Under the pieces are notes generated by a model, which had not been told where the DNA came from, did no database searches, and saw only the letters and a program-made list of their open reading frames with translations. A stretch of 46,059 nucleotides of DNA. Source: Betaproteobacteria bacterium. Lineage in GTDB: Bacteria; Pseudomonadota; Gammaproteobacteria; Burkholderiales; SG8-41. The position numbers and the translations under genes were made by a program. The stretch is taken from positions 1-46,059 of the forward strand of contig JACPEF010000033.1 in NCBI GenBank assembly GCA_016183675.1, written 5' to 3'. Numbering within the stretch: position 1 is the stretch's first letter; the number at the start of each line of letters is the position of its first letter. Shown piece by piece: positions 23,302-31,246 of this stretch.

Positions 23302-24255
23302 CTACGCCGCCACTCGTTTCGCACCCGTCTGCCCCTCCGTTGCTTTCACGAAAGCAACCGTGGTGTCCAGCATCCGGTTGCTGAAACCCCACTCGTTGTC
23401 GTACCAGGCGCAGACCTTCACCAGGGTTCCCTCGGCCACCTTGGTGAGGGTCGCGTCGAAGATCGAGGAGGCCGGGTTGTGGTTGAAGTCCACCGAGACC
23501 AGCGGTTCGGTGCTGTACTCGATGATGCCCTTGAGGTCCTTTTCCGAGGCTTCCTTCACCGCCTTGTTCACATCCTCCACCGTGGTGGGCCGCTTGGCCA
23601 CGAACGCCAGATCCACGACCGAGACATTGATGGTCGGCACGCGTATCGCGAAGCCATCGAGCTTGCCGTCGAGATGCGGCAGCACCAGCACCTGGTCGTT
23701 GGTAAAGGCGTGCACCGTCGTCATCAGTCCCGAGACGACGCCGATGCGGTCGTCGACCGCTTTCACCAGCGGAGCGAGGCAATTGGTCGTGCATGAGGCG
23801 TTAGAAATCACCGTGTGCGAGGCCTTGAGCGTCTGGTGATTGACGCCGTAGACCACGGTGGCGTCCACGTCCTTCTCGCCGGGCGCGGAGATGATGACGC
23901 GCTTCGCTCCGGCAGCGATGTGCGCGGAGGCCTTTGCCTTGCTGGTAAAAAGCCCGGTGCATTCGAGCACCACGTCCACGCCCAACTCCTTCCACGGCAG
24001 CTGCGCCGGGTCCTTCTGCGCGCAGACGCGAATGCGGTCGCCGTTGACAACAAGCTGCTCGCCGTCGACCTCCACTCTTCCCGGGAAGCGCCCGTGGGCC
24101 GTGTCGTACTGGGTGAGGTGCGCGTTGATCTTGGCGTCTCCGAGATCGTTCAGCGCGACGATCTCGATAGGATGCTTCTTGCCGCCCTCGTAGTGCGCCC
24201 GCAGGATGTTGCGGCCGATGCGGCCGTAGCCGTTGATCGCGACTCTGATGGTCAT
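23302..24255 (-). CDS. gap: Glyceraldehyde-3-phosphate dehydrogenase, with an apparent in-frame internal deletion
   Basis: 317 aa with [25 protein letters not shown] and [11 protein letters not shown]. Between [12 protein letters not shown] and [18 protein letters not shown], about 32 residues found in canonical GAPDHs are missing (see finding). Confidence 0.88.
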   Translation of the reverse strand: MTIRVAINGYGRIGRNILRAHYEGGKKHPIEIVALNDLGDAKINAHLTQYDTAHGRFPGRVEVDGEQLVVNGDRIRVCAQKDPAQLPWKELGVDVVLECTGLFTSKAKASAHIAAGAKRVIISAPGEKDVDATVVYGVNHQTLKASHTVISNASCTTNCLAPLVKAVDDRIGVVSGLMTTVHAFTNDQVLVLPHLDGKLDGFAIRVPTINVSVVDLAFVAKRPTTVEDVNKAVKEASEKDLKGIIEYSTEPLVSVDFNHNPASSIFDATLTKVAEGTLVKVCAWYDNEWGFSNRMLDTTVAFVKATEGQTGAKRVAA

Positions 24256-24285
24256 GCGTCAGTTCTCCTGACTCGAAAACCTTTT

Positions 24286-24350
24286 ACCACAGAGGCACAG
24301 AGAACACCGAGAAAACCACGTCTTTCTCCGTGCCCTCCGTGTCTCTGTGT
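24286..24350. repeat. CCACAGAG-type composite palindrome, copy 6 (short loop)
   Basis: ACCACAGAGGCACAGAGAACACCGAGAAAACC ... CTTTCTCCGTGCCCTCCGTGTCTCTGTGT, between the tkt stop (24356) and the gap start (24255). Confidence 0.8.
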
Positions 24351-24355
24351 TGAGA

Positions 24356-26356
24356 TCATAGAACGTTTTTGACGGCGGCGGCGACGTTTTGCGCGGTGAA
24401 ACCGAAGTGCTTGAAAAGTTCTCCCCCCGGCGCCGATTCGCCAAAGCGATTGATTCCCACCACCGCGCCTTCGAGCCCCACGTACTTGCGCCAGTAATCC
24501 GGCGCGCCGGCCTCCACCGCCACCCGCGGCACTCCGCGCGGCAGCACGCTCTCCCGGTAAGCTTCGTCCTGGCGGTCGAAGACGTTCGTCGAGGGCATGG
24601 AAACGACGCGCACGGGAACGCCTTCGGCCGCGAGCAGCTTCTGCGCTTCGAGCGCAATCCCCACCTCGGATCCCGTGGCAATCACCACGCAGCGCGTCGA
24701 ACCGCCGCTCGCCTCGGACAGCACGTACCCACCGCGTGCGATTGCGGCAATCTCGCCTGCGCCGCGCTTCACGAACGGTGCGTTCTGGCGCGTGAAGAGG
24801 AGCGCGGTCGGTCCGTCCCTGCGCTCGATCGCGACGGCCCACGCCACGGCGGACTCCACCGTGTCGCACGGCCGCCACACGCTCATGTTGGGCATCAGCC
24901 TCAGGCTCGCCGCATGCTCGATCGGCTGGTGCGTTGGCCCGTCCTCGCCCAGCCCGATGGAATCGTGCGTGAACACGTAGATCACGCGCACGCACATCAG
25001 CGCCGCGAGGCGCAACGCGTTTCTCGCGTAGTCGGAGAACACCAGGAACGTGCCGCCGTAGGGAATGAAGCCGCCGTGCAGCGCGATCCCGCTCATCACG
25101 GCGCACATGCCGAACTCGCGCACGCCGTAGAAGACATAGTTGCCGCCGCCTTCGCGCCCGACCACCTTCGAGGTCTTCAACAGGGTGAGGTTCGAGCCGG
25201 TGAGGTCGGCGGAGCCACCGACGAGCTCGGGCAGCGAGGCGGCGAGCGCTTCGAGCACGATCTGCGAGGCCCTGCGGGTTGCGACCGCCTCCGCTTTCGA
25301 ATCAAGTTCCTGCACCAGCGCGGCCACGCGCGCAGCGAAATCCGGCGGCAGCTCGCCCGTCGTGCGGCGGCGGAACTCGGCGGCTTCAAGCGGGTACTGC
25401 TTCTCATAGGCGGCGAAGAGCCGCTTCCAGCGCCGCTCGGCGGATGCGCCGCGCTTGCGCGCATCCCACCCGTCGTACACGTGTTGCGGGACCTCGAACG
25501 GGGGGTAACGCCAGCCAATCGCCTCGCGGGTGGCGGCGACCTCCTTTTCGCCGAGCGGCGCGCCGTGCGCGGCGCCGGTGTTCGACTTGGTCGGCGCGCC
25601 CTTGGCGATCACGGTCTTCGCGCAGATGAGCGTCGGCCTCGATTTCTCGCGCTTCGCCTTCCTCAGCGCCCGGTCGACCGCCTCGACGTCGTGACCGTCC
25701 ACGTTCGGGATCACTTGCCAGCCGTAGGCCTCGAAGCGGCGCCGCGCATCGTCGGTGTACCACTGCCGGATATTGCCCTTGTCGGAGTCGATCGAGACGC
25801 CGTTGTCGTCGTAGACGCCGATCAACTTGCCCAGGCCCAGCGTGCCGGCAAGCGCGCAGGCTTCGTGCGAGATGCCCTCCATCATGCAGCCGTCGCCGAG
25901 GAAGACGTAGGTATGGTGATCGACGATCTCGAAGCCGGGCCGGTTGAACTCGGCGGCGAGCAGCCTCTCGGCGATCGCCATGCCCACTGCGTTGGCTACG
26001 CCCTGGCCGAGCGGCCCGGTCGTGGTCTCGACGCCGGGCGCGCACCGGTATTCGGGATGGCCCGGGGTCTTCGAGCGCAGCTGCCGGAAGCGCCTGAGCT
26101 CCTCCATCGGCAAGTCGTAGCCGGTCAAGTGCAGCAGCGCGTAGAGCAGCATCGAGCCGTGCCCGTTGGAGAGCAGGAAGCGGTCGCGGTTCGGCCACGC
26201 CGGGTTGCCCGGGTTGTGGCGCAAGTGGTGGTTCCACAACACCTCCGCGATCTCCGCCATGCCCATCGGCATTCCGGGGTGGCCGGAATTGGCCTGCTGT
26301 ACAGCATCCATCGCCAGCGCGCGGATCGCGTTGGCCAGCTCGACACGGGCGTTCAT
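24356..26356 (-). CDS. tkt: Transketolase
   Basis: 666 aa: [34 protein letters not shown]...[20 protein letters not shown]. Confidence 0.96.
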   Translation of the reverse strand: MNARVELANAIRALAMDAVQQANSGHPGMPMGMAEIAEVLWNHHLRHNPGNPAWPNRDRFLLSNGHGSMLLYALLHLTGYDLPMEELRRFRQLRSKTPGHPEYRCAPGVETTTGPLGQGVANAVGMAIAERLLAAEFNRPGFEIVDHHTYVFLGDGCMMEGISHEACALAGTLGLGKLIGVYDDNGVSIDSDKGNIRQWYTDDARRRFEAYGWQVIPNVDGHDVEAVDRALRKAKREKSRPTLICAKTVIAKGAPTKSNTGAAHGAPLGEKEVAATREAIGWRYPPFEVPQHVYDGWDARKRGASAERRWKRLFAAYEKQYPLEAAEFRRRTTGELPPDFAARVAALVQELDSKAEAVATRRASQIVLEALAASLPELVGGSADLTGSNLTLLKTSKVVGREGGGNYVFYGVREFGMCAVMSGIALHGGFIPYGGTFLVFSDYARNALRLAALMCVRVIYVFTHDSIGLGEDGPTHQPIEHAASLRLMPNMSVWRPCDTVESAVAWAVAIERRDGPTALLFTRQNAPFVKRGAGEIAAIARGGYVLSEASGGSTRCVVIATGSEVGIALEAQKLLAAEGVPVRVVSMPSTNVFDRQDEAYRESVLPRGVPRVAVEAGAPDYWRKYVGLEGAVVGINRFGESAPGGELFKHFGFTAQNVAAAVKNVL

Positions 26357-26661
26357 CGGATGTTCCTTGCGGGAGAACCGGGGCGAGAAAGGCGCTCATT
26401 ATCTTCGAATCCGCCGCGGTTGGCTACGAGCGCTGCGGCGGCCGCAGCCGCCATGACCACACGGTCATATCTCCATGGGCGGAACTCGTCCGGCGCGCGC
26501 GGTCTCTCATCGGAGAACGGCAAGTTTTCCGCGTGCACGCCTCGCCCGCCTGCGCCGCAGCGTCCGAACGGTTTGCGGCAGGAATCCAACTCAGTACTGT
26601 CGGCTGCTTTGCGCGCCTCTACGGTCGCTTCCCCGCAAGCGGGGCGCGTCGTAGGGCGAAA

Positions 26662-26699
26662 GAGGGGCCCCGGTGATTTTTCGGGGATCTGACCCCGGA
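26662..26699. repeat. Left member of a 35-38-bp inverted-repeat pair
   Basis: GAGGGGCCCCGGTGATTTTTCGGGGATCTGACCCCGGA. The reverse complement of 27146-27180 is GAGGGGCCCCGGCTTGCCGGGGATCTGACCCCGGA, so 12 + 18 nt are identical and they flank a variable centre. Confidence 0.75.
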
Positions 26700-26949
26700 G
26701 ACGCGCGTGGGATCGGCTCTCACACGACGCGCCCACGATCGGCTCCACGGTCGCATCCCATGAATGGGTCCCTGCTCCACATTCCGCCGATCCCTGCTCA
26801 ACGCTCCGGCGCGCCCTCCTTGGGTCGCACCCGGCGAAGCCGGGCACCTGCTCCTCCCTTCGGCGCACGCGGCCTCCGATCGGACAAGGGCAAGTTTTCC
26901 GCGTGCGCGCCCCGCCCGCCCGCGCGCCTACGCAGTCGCACACGGCGAA

Positions 26950-27154
26950 GCCGGGCACCTGCTCCGCGCTCCGACGCCCGCGGCCTCTGAAACGCTAGCG
27001 GCAAGTTCTCAAGGACATCGCGTCGGCCGCCTGCACGCCTCCGGGGTCCCGGCAAGCCGGGCACCTGCTCCGCGCTCCGACGCCCGCGGCCTCTGAAACG
27101 CTAGCGGCAAGTTCTCAAGGACATCGCGTCGGCCGCCTGCACGCCTCCGGGGTC
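26950..27154. repeat. Exact 99-bp direct repeat with a 106-bp period, part of a degenerate REP-like array (about 26500-27190)
   Basis: 26950-27048 is identical to 27056-27154 (GCCGGGCACCTGCTCCGCGCTCCGACGCCCGCGGCCTCTGAAACGCTAGCGGCAAGTTCTCAAGGACATCGCGTCGGCCGCCTGCACGCCTCCGGGGTC). More diverged units lie at about 26518-26660 and 26812-26949. Confidence 0.9.
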
Positions 27155-27180
27155 AGATCCCCGGCAAGCCGGGGCCCCTC
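27146..27180. repeat. Right member of the inverted-repeat pair
   Basis: TCCGGGGTCAGATCCCCGGCAAGCCGGGGCCCCTC; see 26662-26699. Confidence 0.75.
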
Positions 27181-27197
27181 TTCCTCCCTCCGGCGTG

Positions 27198-28454
27198 CTA
27201 CTCCTCGTTCTTGCGGGCGAGCCGCACGCCCAACTGCTTCAGCTTGCGGTAAAGGTGGGTGCGTTCCAACCCGACGCTTTCCGCCACCCGGCTGATGTTG
27301 CCGCCCTCGCGCACCAGGTGATACTCGAAGTACACGCGCTCGAAGGCGTCGCGCGCGTCCCGCAACGGCAGATCGAAAGGCAGATGGTGCGCAACGGGCA
27401 GCATCGGTGCGGGCTGCGGCAGCGCGCGGTTCACTTCGTCGAGCGAAACCTGGTCAGTGAGCCCGGTGAGCGCGAGCGTGCGCACCACGCTCTCCAGTTG
27501 CGTCAGGTTGCCCGGCCAGTCGTAATTGCGCAGGGCGTTCAGGGCGGCGGTGGTGAACTGGCGCGGCGGAGCCTCCCTCGCTTCCACGATCCGCGACAGC
27601 ATCAGATTGGCGAGATCGGGCACGTCTTCACGGTGCTCGCGCAGGCTCGGCACCCGGATGGTGGTCGCCGCCAGCGCGCCGTACAGCCGGCTGTCGAAGT
27701 GGCCGTGCGCCACCAGCTCCGCGAGGTCGCGCGAAGCGCCGCAGATGAGCCGCACGTTGTAGCGGTCGAGCTTGGAGGCGGCAAGGAACAGGCCTTTCTG
27801 CTCCACCTTGGAAAGATCCCCGATCTCGTGCAGGAACAGAGTGCCCTCGCGCGCCTGGTTGAGGAGCTCGAGCGGCGCTTCGCCGAGCGCGGCATGGTTT
27901 TCCGGCGCGACCCACGGAGCGTTGCGCTGGTGCAGGAACCGCGCCGCGAGCTCGATGCCGCAGCCCGGCTCGCCCGCGAGCAGCAGCGGCGAGCGCAGCC
28001 CGGCGACGCGCTCCAGGCGCTGTTTGAGCTCGACGATGAGCGACGCACGGCCCAGGCTCGCGAGCGAGAGCGCCGGCTGCGCCTTCTCGCCGCCGTGCTT
28101 GAGCGCGCGGCCCACGGTGGCGAGGAGCTTCTGCAGCGCGATCGGCTTCTCGAGGAAATCGTACGCGCCGATGCGGGTGGCCTCGACCGCGGTGTCGATC
28201 GTGCCGTGTCCCGACATCATCACCACCGGCATGGTGAGCAGCCCCGCGCTCGCCCACTCTTTCAGCAGCGTGATGCCGTCGGTGTCGGGCATCCAGATGT
28301 CGAGCAGCACCAGATCGGGGCGCGCCTGGCTGCGGTACGCGCGCGCCTCACTCGCGTTCTCCGCGAGCCGCACTTGATAGCCCTCGTCACCGAGGATCTC
28401 GGACAGCAGCTCGCGGATGCCGATTTCGTCGTCTACTACCAGGATGTGCTGCAT
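27198..28454 (-). CDS. ntrX: NtrX-like response regulator (receiver + degenerate AAA+ + Fis-type HTH)
   Basis: 418 aa. It has the receiver MQHILVVDDEIGIRELL...LLDIWMPDTDG and the C-terminal HTH GNISRVAESVGLERTHLYRKLKQLGV, and it lies directly downstream of an NtrY-like kinase. Confidence 0.82.
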   Translation of the reverse strand: MQHILVVDDEIGIRELLSEILGDEGYQVRLAENASEARAYRSQARPDLVLLDIWMPDTDGITLLKEWASAGLLTMPVVMMSGHGTIDTAVEATRIGAYDFLEKPIALQKLLATVGRALKHGGEKAQPALSLASLGRASLIVELKQRLERVAGLRSPLLLAGEPGCGIELAARFLHQRNAPWVAPENHAALGEAPLELLNQAREGTLFLHEIGDLSKVEQKGLFLAASKLDRYNVRLICGASRDLAELVAHGHFDSRLYGALAATTIRVPSLREHREDVPDLANLMLSRIVEAREAPPRQFTTAALNALRNYDWPGNLTQLESVVRTLALTGLTDQVSLDEVNRALPQPAPMLPVAHHLPFDLPLRDARDAFERVYFEYHLVREGGNISRVAESVGLERTHLYRKLKQLGVRLARKNEE

Positions 28455-28478
28455 AGGCTGGGGGTCCCTAGTTTACAC

Positions 28479-30683
28479 CTAGGCCTGCGCCCTTGAACGG
28501 CGCGCCGCGTCCTGCGCCACCGCCGCCGGCAGCCGGATCGTCACCCGCGCGCCGCGCGGCGCGACGTTCGCGATCGCGACCGCGCCGCCGTGCTCCTCGA
28601 CGATCTTCTTGACGATCACCAGACCGAGCCCGGTGCCCTTCGGCTTGGTGCTGACGTACGGCTCGAACGCGCGTTGCATCAGGTTTTCCGGAAAACCGCA
28701 GCCGTTGTCGGTGAAGGTGACCTGCACCGAGCCCTCCACCACGCGGCTCGCGATGACGACGCGCGGCTGCGCGGTGTCGGTGAGCGCGTCCTGGGCGTTC
28801 TGCATCACGTTGTGGATCACCTGCCGCAGTTGCGCGGGGTCGCCCACCACCGGCGGCAGGCGCGGTGCGAGCTCGAGCCGGATCGCCGGGCCGAGCGAAG
28901 GTTCGTAGAGCGTCAGCACCTCACGCGTCAGCGCGTTCAAGTCGAGCTCGTGCAGGGAGGGCTCGGGGGTGCGGGCGTATTGACTGAAAGCATCCACCAT
29001 GCTCTTCAAGGCGGCGACTTGGTTGACAATCGTCTGCGTCGAGCGCGACAGCACCTCCGCGTCGGCCTCTACCAGCTTGGCGGCGAGCTTCACCTGCAGA
29101 CGCTCGGCGGAGAGCTGGATGGGGGTGAGCGGGTTGCTGATCTCGTGCGCGAGCCGCCGCGCCACCTCGGCCCATGCCGCTGCGCGCTGCGCCTCGGCGA
29201 GATGCGTGATGTCATCGAACACAACGACACAGCCGCCTTCCGCGCCCTGCGGCAGCCGCGTGCCGCGCAGCAGCAGGAGCTGGGTGCCGCCGCGCGACGG
29301 GCGCTCGAGCTGCTGCTCCCATTCGCCCTTTCCCGCTCGCTCGAAAGCGGTCGCGATCTCCCGCGCGAGGTCGGCGAGTCCCGGCTCATGCTCCGGCCAG
29401 CGCTGCGGGGCGCTGCCGGTAAGGGGGGTGAAATCCACGCCGAGTATGCTTCCGGCGCTGCGATTCGCGGCGCGCAACCGCAGCGCTTCGTCGAACGCGA
29501 GCACGCCGGCGGAGAGGTTGCCGAGTATGCTCTCGAGATACGCCTTGGCGTGCGCCAGCGCCGCCTGGTGGCGCTCGGCCGCGGCGCGTGCCTCGGCCAG
29601 CTGCAACGTCATGCTGTTGAACGACCGGGTGAGCACGCCGAGCTCGTCGCTGGAAGCGACCGCTGCGCGCGGGCTGAAGTCGCCGCTCGCCACCGCGCGC
29701 GTGCCTTCCACCAGCACCCCGAGCGGCGCCGAGAGGCGATCCGACAGCACGAAACCGAGCGCGAGCGCGGAGAGCAGCGCGAGCAGCAGGGTGAGCGTCA
29801 GCGTCAGGCCGTAAAGCCGCTTCAGGCCGCGCCTCGATAGCGTGAGCTCCTGGTACTCGCGATAGCCCGACTGCACGGCCTCGGCGTCCAGCGCGAGCTG
29901 CTTCGGCACCGGCTGCAGCAGCTGGAGCACGCGCTGCTCATCGGCGAGGCTCAACCCGAACACCGGAACCAGCACGCGCAGATACAAGCCCTTCTCCGGG
30001 ATGGCTTCAATCGCGCTGTGGGCGCGCTGCGCGCGCAACTGCCGCAGCGCGGATGGACCCGGCGGTTCCGGAATCAGCCCGACGCGCTCGTTGCCGGCGA
30101 AGGCGAGTACCTTGCCGCGCTCGCCGAACAGCGTCGCTTCCTGCACCCCCGCCTGCTCGCGCAACGCGTTGAGCGCCGCGAGGTGCTCCGCCGGCGGCCG
30201 TGTCGAGAGCGCGAGCGCCATGGCGTCGGCCTTGGTGGTGAGGTCCTTGAGCATGTTGTCGAGCATGCCGCGGCCGAGATTGATCCCGCCTTCGAGCGCC
30301 TTATCCACCCGCACCTCGAACCACGATTCGATCGAGCGCGCAAGGAATTGCACCGACATGCCGTAAATGAGCGCGCCCGGCAGCACCGCCATCAACGCAA
30401 AGAGCAGCACCAGGCGCAGCGTGAGCTTGGAGCCGAACACGCCGGCCTTGAGCTTGCGCCGGAGCGTGAACAGCTGATAGAGGACGAGCGCGGTGAGCAT
30501 GAGCGCGACCGCGCTGTTCAGCACCAGCAGCAGCCGATACCGCTCGGCAAACAGGGCGGGGTCGCTGCTCGCCGTGGCGAGCAGGAACAGCGCGATCGCG
30601 CCCAGCCCGACGCACAGGATCAGCACGTAGCGCACGACGGCGCGTGAGACGGCGGGCCGGATTTTGGGCCCCGCGAGGTTCAT
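28479..30683 (-). CDS. ntrY: NtrY-like sensor histidine kinase (TM-HAMP-PAS-HisKA-HATPase)
   Basis: It has the H-box AHEISNPLTPIQLSAERL and the ATPase motifs DNGCGFP and GTGLGL. The ATG at 30681-30683 forms an ATGA overlap with the upstream DUF4390 stop; the track start GTG at 30725 is an alternative. Confidence 0.85.
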   Translation of the reverse strand: MNLAGPKIRPAVSRAVVRYVLILCVGLGAIALFLLATASSDPALFAERYRLLLVLNSAVALMLTALVLYQLFTLRRKLKAGVFGSKLTLRLVLLFALMAVLPGALIYGMSVQFLARSIESWFEVRVDKALEGGINLGRGMLDNMLKDLTTKADAMALALSTRPPAEHLAALNALREQAGVQEATLFGERGKVLAFAGNERVGLIPEPPGPSALRQLRAQRAHSAIEAIPEKGLYLRVLVPVFGLSLADEQRVLQLLQPVPKQLALDAEAVQSGYREYQELTLSRRGLKRLYGLTLTLTLLLALLSALALGFVLSDRLSAPLGVLVEGTRAVASGDFSPRAAVASSDELGVLTRSFNSMTLQLAEARAAAERHQAALAHAKAYLESILGNLSAGVLAFDEALRLRAANRSAGSILGVDFTPLTGSAPQRWPEHEPGLADLAREIATAFERAGKGEWEQQLERPSRGGTQLLLLRGTRLPQGAEGGCVVVFDDITHLAEAQRAAAWAEVARRLAHEISNPLTPIQLSAERLQVKLAAKLVEADAEVLSRSTQTIVNQVAALKSMVDAFSQYARTPEPSLHELDLNALTREVLTLYEPSLGPAIRLELAPRLPPVVGDPAQLRQVIHNVMQNAQDALTDTAQPRVVIASRVVEGSVQVTFTDNGCGFPENLMQRAFEPYVSTKPKGTGLGLVIVKKIVEEHGGAVAIANVAPRGARVTIRLPAAVAQDAARRSRAQA

Positions 30684-31246
30684 GGCGCTACCGTCCAGCG
30701 GTACCAATCCGAGGCTACGCTCCACTCGCGCGAGCCGACCGCGCTGATCTGGAACGGCCGCGGCAGCTGCGAGGTATCGAGCCGCAGCCGCACCGTCGCG
30801 GTGTAGCGGGTGCCCTTGCTCAAGGCACCGGGCTCGGCGAGCTCGCTCAACCGCACCCGGCTCAGGAATCCCAGAGCCTCGGGCAGCGAGCCGAAATTCT
30901 GGTAGAGCGTGCCCACGCCGACGCGGTACTGGCGCGTAAGCGCGTTGAAGGAAACGCGGTACTGCTGCTGCGCGTTGGCGACTTTCTCGTTGAACCAGTA
31001 CCAGCGCGGGCGGATCAGCTCGAACTCGAGGAGAAAGTAGAGCGGCACCCCCTTGTTGAGCGCGTCCTCGAGGGTGTGGGTGAGAGCGATGTCGAAATCG
31101 GCTTCGAGGAAGTAGCCGTCCTCGGCAGCGACCAGCGCGGCCTTCTTCACCTCGATGCCGTCAGCATGGACCGCGAGCGGGGCCGCGAACAGCAGCCACG
31201 ATGCCGCCAGCGCAGCAAGCCAGCTATGCCTTCCGCAAAAGCGCAT
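30680..31246 (-). CDS. DUF4390 domain protein
   Basis: This is the C-terminal part of ORF 30680-31825, from the ATG at 31244-31246 (MRFCGRHSWLAALAASWLLFAAPLAVHADGIEVKKA...YFLLEFELIRPRWYWFNEKV...). Its position between rsmB and ntrY is the usual betaproteobacterial synteny. Confidence 0.78.
   Translation of the reverse strand: MRFCGRHSWLAALAASWLLFAAPLAVHADGIEVKKAALVAAEDGYFLEADFDIALTHTLEDALNKGVPLYFLLEFELIRPRWYWFNEKVANAQQQYRVSFNALTRQYRVGVGTLYQNFGSLPEALGFLSRVRLSELAEPGALSKGTRYTATVRLRLDTSQLPRPFQISAVGSREWSVASDWYRWTVAP

Noticed and set aside
26401-26425. TTCGAATCC string resembling a tRNA T-loop.
   Set aside because: The flanking bases cannot form a T-stem (TTATC vs CCGCC), and I could not build an acceptor or anticodon arm around it.
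24389-26692. 767-aa ORF on the + strand, plus other very long antisense ORFs (39391-41733, 16038-17570, 20266-21702, 19143-20132, 28590-29840, 31155-32537).
   Set aside because: Each is antisense to a gene with unmistakable homology (tkt, gyrB, amidohydrolase, pyk, fba, ntrY, rsmB). Their translations are Arg/Gly/Ala/His-rich and featureless.
26353-27096. Several 60-200-aa ORFs on both strands inside the ntrX-tkt spacer.
   Set aside because: They are composed of the tandem REP-like units, they repeat each other, they have no start or RBS context, and their composition is Arg/Pro/Ala-rich.
117-27190. Possibility that the many short repeats form a CRISPR array.
   Set aside because: There is no series of identical direct repeats separated by unique spacers of uniform length. 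The repeats are inverted (hairpin) elements dispersed one per intergenic spacer, or 106-bp tandem units. No cas genes are present.
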